Virus record (IMG/VR): IMGVR_UViG_3300045988_123643
Reading direction: 5' to 3' (one strand)
Length of the DNA stretch: 54,467 nt
Source of the DNA: a virus
Shown one piece after another: positions 42,772-51,774 of this stretch (position 1 is its first letter; the number at the start of each line of letters is the position of its first letter). Both the position numbers and the translations under genes were made by a program. The notes beneath the pieces are model-generated. The model did not search any database and had not been told where the DNA came from. It saw only the letters and a program-made list of their open reading frames with translations.

Positions 42772-44285
42772 TGATATATCTGTCCTAACGGATTGTTATT
42801 GACTGAAGCCGCTTGTTCTTCCTGTTTCATTTTCTCAATTTCCTCTTTTACATTCTGAGTATAAGGAGAACGTGCGGTAAGTGTTTCCTGGCTGTTGATT
42901 GGTTTCCCACCTCCGGCTGTTGATAGATTCTGTAAGTCTTCTACTAAATTCTTCGGGAGAATAGAGCCGAAAGACACCTCAAAATAATTATTCATTATAG
43001 CATTGGAATTTTTAATATGTGATATATTCGCCATGCCTGCTTGTACAATAGCCACACATCGTTGTACTACCGGTCCGAAGATTTCCATTTGTTCCGTAGC
43101 CTTAATTTTTGCATCAATGGTCATAAACTCACGGGAGACGCCTGATAGGTCACCTATGCCAATAAGATTGTCAAACGACAAATCAGGACATGATGCACCA
43201 GAGAATATTTCGTGGCGTTCATTACTAATCTCTTCCTTTTGTGAATCTATGGACTGTTGCCATGATAGGTATTCAGCATCACCATGATACGCAGTGCCGG
43301 TATCAGGGTCAACTTCCATAGAAAAGTTTAATTCTTTCCCTACTGTATCTTTTGATGGGAGATTCGACAAACCGAAAGATTTTAGCATTGGGTCTCCGAA
43401 GTAGTCGTTAGTGTCTGACATTCTAGAGATCCGCATTTCATAATGGTCCATGAGTAAAGCGACATCTTCCCAGTCCGGTTGATCTACCTCTGCATATACT
43501 ACAGGGATTTTGCCGAATAGGTTCTTATCTGACTTGATTTCCCACTGGCCCCCCTTATTTATAGCTGTGATAACATTGTCTGAGGTGTATATTTTGACAC
43601 ACTCGTAGGTAGAGTAGCCAATCTTGGTTGTGAACTTATGAATGAAAGCATCCATATCATCATCATCGTCAAAATGTGGATAGAACTCATAAGTAACGTT
43701 ATCATCCTTTGGCAAAGAGAGTATCTTGGCTTTCAGTTCTGGGACTTTTTTCCCATTTACAACTTTGTTTACAGGGTAAAATACGATAGCGGCTTTTGTT
43801 TCTGACAACACCTTACGGGCAAAGCTCATAAGTACTGACTTCATTTTGAGTTTGCGGACAAATATCTTTTTGAAATCCTCCAAGCTTGCATCATCTGTAT
43901 TATCTGCTGTGATGGTCATATCTCCGCCAAATAAAAAAGCTGCTGCTGTGCGGACAATCTTCTTTGGGATATTGGTCACTATTTTGGCTACAGGAACAGT
44001 TTTATCCTCTAATCGTTTAGGCTCCATTTTACCCGTTTGGGTATTCAATTCTTCTTCTGTTTCAGAATAGACAGCTACTGTCTTAGGTTCACGGAAACCA
44101 ACGGATGTAGTGCGACGGTTACGCTTACCATTATACTCTTCTAAATATTCCCGTGGCTCACGATTTTCTATGGTGTCCACGCAAAGATCACTAACAACCC
44201 TTCCAAAGTCGTCTTGAACTAAAATCTCACTAATTGATGGCATATACTTTTCTCTTAAAATATATGGCAAACAATATTTATCCAC
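42768..44285 (-). CDS. Portal protein
   Basis: 505 aa, immediately after terL and before MuF. SPP1 gp6-like size and position. Confidence 0.75.
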   Translation of the reverse strand: MDKYCLPYILREKYMPSISEILVQDDFGRVVSDLCVDTIENREPREYLEEYNGKRNRRTTSVGFREPKTVAVYSETEEELNTQTGKMEPKRLEDKTVPVAKIVTNIPKKIVRTAAAFLFGGDMTITADNTDDASLEDFKKIFVRKLKMKSVLMSFARKVLSETKAAIVFYPVNKVVNGKKVPELKAKILSLPKDDNVTYEFYPHFDDDDDMDAFIHKFTTKIGYSTYECVKIYTSDNVITAINKGGQWEIKSDKNLFGKIPVVYAEVDQPDWEDVALLMDHYEMRISRMSDTNDYFGDPMLKSFGLSNLPSKDTVGKELNFSMEVDPDTGTAYHGDAEYLSWQQSIDSQKEEISNERHEIFSGASCPDLSFDNLIGIGDLSGVSREFMTIDAKIKATEQMEIFGPVVQRCVAIVQAGMANISHIKNSNAIMNNYFEVSFGSILPKNLVEDLQNLSTAGGGKPINSQETLTARSPYTQNVKEEIEKMKQEEQAASVNNNPLGQIYQ

Positions 44286-45750
44286 GACCCACTTTACGAG
44301 TCGATGTTTTTAATTTCAGACCAAGTGATTCGGCAAACTCAGCGAGAATTGTCATACCATCCGGTGCATCGTCATGAGCATTATCACCTTCGCGTTTATA
44401 GCTGGTAAGTGCTTTCATGAAACGACCGTAGTCTGATCCTTTGGTGTACTCCGATTCATCGAGAAAAGCGCAATACTTTTTAATCCAGCCAGCTTTCATG
44501 ATAATACGTGTTTCTTTATGCTGAGTAGTAGGACGAGCCTGTATTGCACATATCTTCTTTTCAGCTGCTACCATCCTGCGTACATGAATTGCAAATATAC
44601 GTCCTCCATTGTTTGACTCTATACGCATTTGATCGCACTCTGTATCAATAACCATTTGTGCTAGGCGTGGTTCAGTAACTTCTACAGGGTCTTTGGTAAA
44701 TAGAACGTCCGTAATAAAGTACTTCGGTCCGAATACCTTTGCGAATGGTGCGCAAAAATCATCATCTCCCTTGTCTGCTGTATCGCAAGCACCAAGTACA
44801 CCATCAGGTTTCTTTCCTGCAATATCAACACTATTGAAGCGCATAAGAGAGGATTTTGGGAATAACAATCCTTTGGCTTCGAACGGCTCTTGCATATATT
44901 CGGCCATCCAGATACTTTCATCAGTTTCAGAACGAAGTTCCCTGTAATACTCTGTTGTATGTACATCAGCGCAGAAAGTTTCTTCGTTTTCATCAAGAGC
45001 GGCAATTCGGATGATTTCATTGTACTTACCGGCTTCTTCTAAACGTCCGAGGACGTCACTAGAGGACCAGCGAGTACCAATATCAATAAGGCAACAACTT
45101 CCTTCAATACGGGAGTCGTGCGTACCTTGCTTCCATGACCATACCTTCTCATTGTTATTGTCAGATAGTGCATCCTCCAGACTCTTGTACAAGTCGTCTG
45201 TCATGGCGAGCATAGATGCACCGAATCCGATCACAGTACCGCCGACACCGCCACCGAAGTAGCTAACCTGCCGAGCGCCTTCTACATTCCAGCCTTTGAC
45301 ATTCTGTTTATCTCCTTTTAGGTGAATCTCAGTAAATATCTCACGATAACGTTTTGATTTGACAATATCGCGGGTATCATAAGAGAGCTTGTTGTATAAC
45401 GTGTCAGAACAACAGTTACGCATTACAGATTCTTCGGGAAAGTGTCCATACATCCAAGCGATGAAAAGAGAAGATATATATGACTTTCCGGCACGTGGTG
45501 GCATACTGACAGCAAGACGGTAGATTATACCCGCAGAATACGAACTGTACACGCGCATGAACGCTTTAGCGACCTTTTTTAGGAACAGACGTTTAGAGAA
45601 AAACTTCGGATCATAGTACAAACAGAATGCCCAAAAGTCTTTCTTTGCTATTCGTTTGCGGAGTATGGTAGCAGCTTTCGCCTTACGAATCAATATTTCT
45701 CTTTTACTTTTCTTCTTTACCATCAATAATAGCCTGTAACTGTTCGTCAC
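44278..45750 (-). CDS. terL: Terminase large subunit
   Basis: Walker A-like MPPRAGKSY, Walker B-like LAMTDDLY, and a C-terminal nuclease-like region. Follows terS. Confidence 0.85.
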   Translation of the reverse strand: MTNSYRLLLMVKKKSKREILIRKAKAATILRKRIAKKDFWAFCLYYDPKFFSKRLFLKKVAKAFMRVYSSYSAGIIYRLAVSMPPRAGKSYISSLFIAWMYGHFPEESVMRNCCSDTLYNKLSYDTRDIVKSKRYREIFTEIHLKGDKQNVKGWNVEGARQVSYFGGGVGGTVIGFGASMLAMTDDLYKSLEDALSDNNNEKVWSWKQGTHDSRIEGSCCLIDIGTRWSSSDVLGRLEEAGKYNEIIRIAALDENEETFCADVHTTEYYRELRSETDESIWMAEYMQEPFEAKGLLFPKSSLMRFNSVDIAGKKPDGVLGACDTADKGDDDFCAPFAKVFGPKYFITDVLFTKDPVEVTEPRLAQMVIDTECDQMRIESNNGGRIFAIHVRRMVAAEKKICAIQARPTTQHKETRIIMKAGWIKKYCAFLDESEYTKGSDYGRFMKALTSYKREGDNAHDDAPDGMTILAEFAESLGLKLKTSTRKVGRG

Positions 45751-46198
45751 TCAATCCTTCCAGTTCATCACCAAGATTCACATTTGCGTCAACTTCTTTC
45801 TTGTCACGCCATTTTTCCGGCTGCCGGTTCTTTAGCCAAAATATTGCAGCCGTTGTATCAGGAGGATAGTGTTCAATGTATTCTTTCGAATCGGTAATCT
45901 TTCCCTCTGTCGCAGCAAACTTCGTTGCTTTACAATTATAGCCAATCGCACGGTTATAGAGACGGTACGCCACATTGGCATCCGCAATATTTTTCCCTTT
46001 TTTTAGGGACTCAAGAAATTCGGGATAGTCTTTTTTCCATTTGTTTAAAGTCTGTACAGAAACAGAGAAGAACTCGGCGAGTTCTTTATCTATTGCACCC
46101 AATAAACAAAGCTTAAGAGCTTGATCGGCATACTCTTTTTGGTACTCCGATTTACGCCCTCTTTTTTTCTTCTCGTCCGGATTCTTCTTCTCTGTCAT
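45704..46198 (-). CDS. terS: Terminase small subunit
   Basis: N-terminal HTH (KELAEFFSVSVQTLNKWKKDYPEF) and FWLKNRQPEKWRDK, typical of terS families. Confidence 0.75.
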   Translation of the reverse strand: MTEKKNPDEKKKRGRKSEYQKEYADQALKLCLLGAIDKELAEFFSVSVQTLNKWKKDYPEFLESLKKGKNIADANVAYRLYNRAIGYNCKATKFAATEGKITDSKEYIEHYPPDTTAAIFWLKNRQPEKWRDKKEVDANVNLGDELEGLSDEQLQAIIDGKEEK

Positions 46199-46274
46199 AA
46201 CTAACTATAACTAACAAATTGTGATTACTCTTGCCTTAACTTGGATAAACTTCAAATTAAAATATAAATAAGGA

Positions 46275-47126
46275 CTACTTTTTACAGCTCACAGGAATTA
46301 CTTTAGGAACGGCGTTATTCCAACTTATGCTATGATGTAAACGTCTATATACAGTTCCCATAAGACGTATCTTTGTACAAGAAGGAGCGTACATAACCGT
46401 ATAAAAAGATTTTACGTAAGTCCCACTATCCAAATATATATCAGTCATTCCGCCTTCTGATTGTTGGGTTGTTACCTGATTCAGTGAGACATGAGGTATC
46501 TGAAAAAATAATTTTCCTCTGCTACCCAGTAAGGTATAAGTGTTCACATCTTCATTAATTTTTCCAAAGAACTTAAAAGGCATATCCGTATCACAGATAA
46601 ATGAATTCATTGCCTTTCGTTTGAGTAATTCACCGCGGACTATATTATTATGTCTACCTCCGACAAAATCCCCTCTCTGAGCCAAAGCAACTGCCAAAGC
46701 ACCTGTTTTATTCTTAAAGTCAATTAGGATATCAAACACTTTGTCAAGATTGAAAATACTTCTTTGTTCCATTTCACCGCATTGGTTATAGGTATATGAG
46801 AATTCTGTATAGTCATCATCCAGCTCAATAAAATACCTATATCCTTTCTCCTTCGCTATTTCAAATGATGCATTTCTAGCGTAGATAATAGCTCGGCGGT
46901 CATTGAAATTATCACCTTCATCTATTCTTGATGCTATTTCTTTCTTGTCAAATACATATGTGTTTTGGTAAATCTCACGATATTTATTTATTGTCTTATC
47001 TTCATTGTCTAATACTATGATAACATCTCCTGTATAGCCGCATTTTCTTAATGTTTTCACAGTTCGTACATTGTTAGGACGACCATGCGTAAGTATCAAT
47101 GCAACAAAGTTACTATTTCTCATCAT
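46275..47126 (-). CDS. GT-A-like glycosyltransferase-fold protein (tentative)
   Basis: N-terminal beta-strand/Rossmann-like ALILTHGRP...VIIVLDNED and a DxD-like FIELDDDY. No closer family assignment is possible by eye. Confidence 0.35.
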   Translation of the reverse strand: MMRNSNFVALILTHGRPNNVRTVKTLRKCGYTGDVIIVLDNEDKTINKYREIYQNTYVFDKKEIASRIDEGDNFNDRRAIIYARNASFEIAKEKGYRYFIELDDDYTEFSYTYNQCGEMEQRSIFNLDKVFDILIDFKNKTGALAVALAQRGDFVGGRHNNIVRGELLKRKAMNSFICDTDMPFKFFGKINEDVNTYTLLGSRGKLFFQIPHVSLNQVTTQQSEGGMTDIYLDSGTYVKSFYTVMYAPSCTKIRLMGTVYRRLHHSISWNNAVPKVIPVSCKK

Positions 47127-47904
47127 CGTTATAATCCTCCAAATAAGAGTCTGACAATTCCTTTTTCAAACAAACGTATCCTAGTTCAATAGCTTTGTTG
47201 AAATCTATAATGACTAGGGCGGATTCTTCCATTAAAGTCTGAATATCAGCGTTTGATTGGGAATAAAATTCTGCAATTTTACCATAATCGAAAACGATAT
47301 GTCTCGAAGCTGCAATTTGAAGAAACTCTTTGGCTTGCTCATCCAAATCATATCCCTTTATCTGCTTCATTAGATGTTGGTATCTCCCTAGATTATAAAG
47401 GTCTGAAATTGCAGGCTTACAACCGGTTGGTGTGTAAATAGGAGATACTATTTTCTTTGTATAAAGATTACTATTCTCTTCACTATCTGCATTGAACGTA
47501 TCGGCCGAAAATTCAATATCGTCTACGGAAAACTCCCAATCGTTTAATATATCAGCTGAGAAGTTTTCTATCACCAAATCCAAATCAAATTCAGAAGTAT
47601 CAGAAGTATGGTTATCCGCTAGAGCCAGCAATTTCCTCTTCTCATCTTCCGTAGATAAGTCGGTACGCTTTATTACAACTAGCTCTTTGCCGTCAGACTC
47701 GATAATTCGTACTTTGAGCCCTAGCTTTTGAGCTTCTTCATAGACGCCGTTTCCAGCTATTAACACATTGTTCCGGTCAGTTAATACAGACCGACCGGCT
47801 CCACACTCAATAAGGCTTTTGTGGATAAGCCGTTTGTTCTCGTCCCCATGGATACGATAGTTCCGGGGATCAATTGTAATTTCTTCTTTTTCTTCCATGA
47901 CCAA
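47113..47904 (-). CDS. ParB N-terminal (nuclease-like) domain protein
   Basis: IDPRNYRIHGDENKRLIHKSLIECGAGRSVLTDRNNVLIAGNGVYEEAQKLGL follows the ParBc pattern. Confidence 0.65.
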   Translation of the reverse strand: MVMEEKEEITIDPRNYRIHGDENKRLIHKSLIECGAGRSVLTDRNNVLIAGNGVYEEAQKLGLKVRIIESDGKELVVIKRTDLSTEDEKRKLLALADNHTSDTSEFDLDLVIENFSADILNDWEFSVDDIEFSADTFNADSEENSNLYTKKIVSPIYTPTGCKPAISDLYNLGRYQHLMKQIKGYDLDEQAKEFLQIAASRHIVFDYGKIAEFYSQSNADIQTLMEESALVIIDFNKAIELGYVCLKKELSDSYLEDYNDDEK

Positions 47905-47914
47905 GGAATTTCAA

Positions 47915-48484
47915 CTAAAATATAGACTCCCCGGCAATTTTCTTTCTGATAAGTTCTTGTACTCCGTTATATATCTCATATAGCTGTTTCAATGTCTCCG
48001 GGCCTTTCCATTCCGAGAAGTTTCCGTCTTGAAAGAAATGGAACTCAAAGACACGGGCTGCCACCGTACCAAGGTCCAGGCTTTCAAATGTCTCTCTTAC
48101 TAAATGCAGCTTCTCTAATATTTCAGCATTCCGATCTTCTGAATCATCTGAAATATCCTCGATGTCCAGCCTGGAATAATCTACATTATCATCCACTGGT
48201 AAAGGTTTGTATCTACTCCGGTACTGTGAAGTAGGAGAGGATGCGTTCAACTTTATCATCTTCAAAACAAAGAAATCAAGCTCTGTATAGCCATTTTTCT
48301 TTGTGTCGAGTAATTTATCAAGTAGCTTGCTTTGCTTCTGAAGGAGCGAACATATGACCTCATTTAGGACATCTGTCGCTTCGTCTGAAATACCAGCAAG
48401 CCCACAATGATACAAAGAGTAATCAAGCCATCGCTCGTAGCGCTTAGTTATGTAATTATTTACTGCTTCACTTGCCATATGCAT
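47915..48484 (-). CDS. Hypothetical protein, possibly a divergent ECF/sigma-70-like late regulator
   Basis: Weak region-2-like (DEATDVLNEVICSLLQK...LDFFVLKMIKLN...YRSRY) and region-4-like (LDLGTVAARVFEFHFF...) resemblance only. Confidence 0.35.
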   Translation of the reverse strand: MHMASEAVNNYITKRYERWLDYSLYHCGLAGISDEATDVLNEVICSLLQKQSKLLDKLLDTKKNGYTELDFFVLKMIKLNASSPTSQYRSRYKPLPVDDNVDYSRLDIEDISDDSEDRNAEILEKLHLVRETFESLDLGTVAARVFEFHFFQDGNFSEWKGPETLKQLYEIYNGVQELIRKKIAGESIF

Positions 48485-48541
48485 AAAGATTTTATATATT
48501 TGCTGTTCCTAATAGCAATACAAAGCTTTATGCTTATGAAA

Positions 48542-48577
48542 GCGGTCGGTGGTGGTACGCCGGCCGCATTTATTTTT
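48542..48577. terminator. GC-rich hairpin (GCGGTCGG/CCGGCCGC) with a T-tail on the plus strand, abutting the stop of 48570..49433
   Basis: 8-bp stem at 48542..48549 and 48560..48567. The plus strand continues ATTTATTTTT; the minus strand continues TTTCAT. Confidence 0.45.
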
Positions 48578-49433
48578 CCAACTCTTTACCCTTGGCAATG
48601 TTGTAATTACACAAATACATTCCTATATCCATTTCGGCCACATCTTTAGCAGGAATCTTCTCGCCGTAGATTTTATGCAGAGCTTCATTGTCGCCTCCCC
48701 ATGCTCTCCATAGAACTTTAGCATCGTACTTCTTCGGTAGATGTGGGAAGAACTTTAGAAAGGCCTCAAAACTTTGCATTGCTTCTTCTCGAGCGTTTTT
48801 AATACCTTTTGTACCTAGAACGATGTCTTTAGACAATGTCTCTGATCGGGAATATCCGTTTTCCGTGTCTTGACGTATCCTTATGTTTTCCTTATGCTCA
48901 ATCTCTCTACGTCTGTCTTTGCAAAAATCGGCAAGTGCCACCATGATAGCTTGATTGTTGATTTTCGTTCCCCATACAAATTGTCCTCGGCTGCCATTCT
49001 TTAGTTGGGAGAAGAAAATGCATAACTCGGCTAAGTTCAGGTACCAGTAACTAGATAAAATTGATAAGGCTGTTTCCGCCAGTTGAGCATCGGTTAGTTC
49101 AACACCGGCATATCTTAATACTGACTTCAAATGTTCAGTAATAATCTCTACTGATGTCGAATTGCTAAAGCTTCTGTTTACGTCAGCTAGAGTAGGGATA
49201 TTCTCTGCATTAGCCACATCAAACAATGAGACATTACAGTTCAATTGTGCGATTGTTCCACTCCATTCAGCGACCAATTGAGAGGCTGTCAATCCAGCCT
49301 GTAAGGCCTTCTGTATTGGAGTTAACTCCCTTCGGATTACTGCTGTCACCTGGACTATCTGCGACGGGCTTAGTACTGTCTGCATCCCTGTTTTTATTAA
49401 TTCTCCGTTCATCTTTCTTGTTTTTAAGTTCAA
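48570..49433 (-). CDS. Hypothetical protein (start uncertain; frame overlaps the upstream gene by up to 167 nt)
   Basis: 287-aa ORF. All candidate ATGs lie inside the 3' end of 49267..50067. Confidence 0.5.
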   Translation of the reverse strand: MNLKTRKMNGELIKTGMQTVLSPSQIVQVTAVIRRELTPIQKALQAGLTASQLVAEWSGTIAQLNCNVSLFDVANAENIPTLADVNRSFSNSTSVEIITEHLKSVLRYAGVELTDAQLAETALSILSSYWYLNLAELCIFFSQLKNGSRGQFVWGTKINNQAIMVALADFCKDRRREIEHKENIRIRQDTENGYSRSETLSKDIVLGTKGIKNAREEAMQSFEAFLKFFPHLPKKYDAKVLWRAWGGDNEALHKIYGEKIPAKDVAEMDIGMYLCNYNIAKGKELEK

Positions 49434-50067
49434 ATGTCAGCCATCGGGCAAAGTGAGACATCGCATCCTTAGGCGACTTCGCCGTTTCTCCTTCATTCTG
49501 CAATTTCATAAAGAACTTCTCCAGAAACCCGTAAAAGGCTTCTAGCGTGAAATCAGGGTTTCCAGAAGAACGAGTATTCATCGTTACTGTTTCCGCCCAT
49601 GATCGATTCGATTTAAGTTCAGTATAACAGTCGTCCAAAGACTTGTCGAAAAAACTATCAGCCGGAAACAGCTCTCCCACGCGTAAGGGAGATATTGTCT
49701 TATTGTCTTTAGTCTTATCTTTAATGTTAACCGTTTTACTTACCCTTTTACTTACCGTTTTACTTACCTCTTTACTTACCGTTTTACTTTCGTCAAGTAA
49801 GTAATAAACTGGCGATTTTGCATTCTTTTTACCCGATTCGAAAGTTATTAAACCTTTTTGCTGCAATCTGTTCCTAACTTCAATGACGGTCTTCTCTGAT
49901 ATACCGGTTGCGAGGACGATAGTCTTGTTGGGATGTTCAAACGGATTCTGCCAACCCCGAATATTGCACTCATTCAAGAGATAGAAGTACAAAAAGACTT
50001 CGTTCGGGCTGAATTCTACACTTCGATTCATCTTCCAAAATTGGTTTATATAATCTATATAGGTCAT
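49267..50067 (-). CDS. Winged-helix replication-initiator/organiser-like protein containing an internal iteron array
   Basis: The N-terminal FSPNEVFLYFYLLNECNIRGWQNPF...ATGISEKTVIEVRNRLQQKGLI is HTH-like. The central SKTVSKEVSKTVSKRVSKTV is encoded by 12-bp tandem repeats. Confidence 0.45.
   Translation of the reverse strand: MTYIDYINQFWKMNRSVEFSPNEVFLYFYLLNECNIRGWQNPFEHPNKTIVLATGISEKTVIEVRNRLQQKGLITFESGKKNAKSPVYYLLDESKTVSKEVSKTVSKRVSKTVNIKDKTKDNKTISPLRVGELFPADSFFDKSLDDCYTELKSNRSWAETVTMNTRSSGNPDFTLEAFYGFLEKFFMKLQNEGETAKSPKDAMSHFARWLTFELKNKKDERRINKNRDADSTKPVADSPGDSSNPKGVNSNTEGLTGWIDSLSIGR
49732..49804. repeat. Five tandem 12-bp repeats (CGTTTTACTTAC consensus) plus one inverted half-copy GTAAGTAA: candidate origin iterons
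   Basis: Units at 49732, 49744, 49756, 49768 and 49780. Inverted TTACTTAC at 49797..49804. Confidence 0.7.
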
Positions 50068-50073
50068 TGTATG

Positions 50074-51372
50074 CTATGCCGTCAGTTTCTGACGTATTAA
50101 GTTCATATTCTTTTTTACGAGTCCAATAATGCGTTCATGATACTCAGTATTATTATTACAAACACCCCGTGACTGGACAATACTCAATGTTTTCAGATTT
50201 ACTTCAACCGTTTCGATGCGCTTATTACCAATACGAGCTGTTAGAATCAAAGACTCTGACTTTCTGTAGTATTTATTAGTAAACACGCAATGGTGCATTT
50301 CTTTTCCTTCTTCTAAGAAGTCCATAACGCTTTGTAGAACGCCAATCTGGATAAGATTGTCACCGAATGCTATACCGAAGAAACGACCTTTCTGTTTTAG
50401 ATATTCTTTCTCATCTTTTATTGCTTGTTTCCTCTTTTTCTCAAAGTCAATCTTAGCATCTATTTTCTGTTTTATTTTCATCACTTCATCGTGAGCTTGC
50501 TTTAGATTCTTTGGACAGACGTATTTAGGAGAACGAATATCTCTTCCGATGGTATTGGACATTTCCAAGTAATCAAAATACATTCTCAGATCGGTATGTT
50601 TCGTAATCTTAAAGCCGTGACGTCTGGCTATTTTTATTGCTGGCCAGAACTTTCCAACTTGGGTTATATTATCTTCCATATATTCCAATAATTCTTTATC
50701 ATCTTGCTTTATCAATGTCTCAACAAACGGATAACGCAATAACATCCTGAATAGGATATCGGGAGTGATACCATTAAAATTCTCATCGATTCCAGCATAC
50801 TTCAGTTTTGGGAGTAGTCTTATGGTTTTGATATGACTTGCCCAAATGTGGTATTTGTCTTTTATACCATAATCAGAACGTATTTCCATGTCTGAACTCC
50901 AACACCAATGATCATAAGCTCCATAGCAATAGCTGGATGATTTGGACATTATTACCTCAATACCTTTGGGTGATATCCAATTCTGAACAGCTTCGTTGAT
51001 CTTCATGTCGGCGGGTTGGCCTACGCGGCAGGACTTGGAAATAACAAAATGCCTTAAAACTTGGAATCCTCCGATCGTGGTTATAAGCGTGAAGTACATT
51101 GATTGAGGTGAATATACCCTTTTACGACTTCTTTGTACTTTAAGGTGCTTTCCACAACAAGGACAATTCGCACCCAATAAAGAGTATGACAAATCAGATT
51201 CTTTAGCCTCAAAGACTTCTCCGCACTCAGTACACCAAATCTTTTTAGCCCTATGGAATCCTTCCACCTTAAAGCAATTTTTTATTGCCCAGGCGGTCTG
51301 ATTTTCAGTAATAGCAGGAAGCTTAGCACTCAGCTTTACAACCTGTCTCTGTAACGCTGTTTTTGGTTTCAT
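50074..51372 (-). CDS. PcfJ-like protein
   Basis: 432 aa with N-terminal Cys pairs (CTECG...CPCCG) and a C-terminal EGKEMHHCV motif characteristic of PcfJ-like proteins. Confidence 0.65.
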   Translation of the reverse strand: MKPKTALQRQVVKLSAKLPAITENQTAWAIKNCFKVEGFHRAKKIWCTECGEVFEAKESDLSYSLLGANCPCCGKHLKVQRSRKRVYSPQSMYFTLITTIGGFQVLRHFVISKSCRVGQPADMKINEAVQNWISPKGIEVIMSKSSSYCYGAYDHWCWSSDMEIRSDYGIKDKYHIWASHIKTIRLLPKLKYAGIDENFNGITPDILFRMLLRYPFVETLIKQDDKELLEYMEDNITQVGKFWPAIKIARRHGFKITKHTDLRMYFDYLEMSNTIGRDIRSPKYVCPKNLKQAHDEVMKIKQKIDAKIDFEKKRKQAIKDEKEYLKQKGRFFGIAFGDNLIQIGVLQSVMDFLEEGKEMHHCVFTNKYYRKSESLILTARIGNKRIETVEVNLKTLSIVQSRGVCNNNTEYHERIIGLVKKNMNLIRQKLTA

Positions 51373-51770
51373 AGATCCTCAAATAATAAAAATTGTCCTG
51401 ATGGTATTTCTTTTTTCTTCCCTTTACGTTTGTTAGGAGCAACCTGTTCCGGTTTAGGCTTCTCAACTGTTAACGTTAGTTCCTTTTGCTTTTCAGGTTG
51501 CTTAGGAACTACTACTTTCGATTTTGATTGTTTATTTACCTTGATATTGTCTTCATCGTAGTAATGGACCGCTAACCCGAATACTTCATCATCAGACATA
51601 CATACAGCATTACCACCGCGTTTTCTAGCTTCGCCTATAATGTAATTACAACATTCATCTATATTCTTGTTTGGCTTCGCAAAAGAGGCAACAAAGAGAG
51701 AGTCTTTCTTTGCTCGTTCTTCTAGGTATGATTGAATAACCTGTTTAAATGATTGATTCTCTTTTCCCAT
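51369..51770 (-). CDS. PcfK-like protein (family I recall as including the Cas9 inhibitor AcrIIA9)
   Basis: FKQVIQSYLEERAKKDSLF...CCNYIIGEARKRGGNAVCMSDDEVFGLAVHYYDED resembles the PcfK-like pattern. Sits directly upstream of the PcfJ-like gene with an ATGA overlap. Confidence 0.55.
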   Translation of the reverse strand: MGKENQSFKQVIQSYLEERAKKDSLFVASFAKPNKNIDECCNYIIGEARKRGGNAVCMSDDEVFGLAVHYYDEDNIKVNKQSKSKVVVPKQPEKQKELTLTVEKPKPEQVAPNKRKGKKKEIPSGQFLLFEDL

Positions 51771-51774
51771 AGCA

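Noticed and set aside
49267-49433. 167-nt overlap of the initiator-like gene and the 287-aa ORF as a programmed frameshift
   Set aside because: The downstream frame is +1 relative to the upstream one and I see no slippery motif. A later non-ATG start or a genuine overlap is more likely. I recorded it as boundary uncertainty only.
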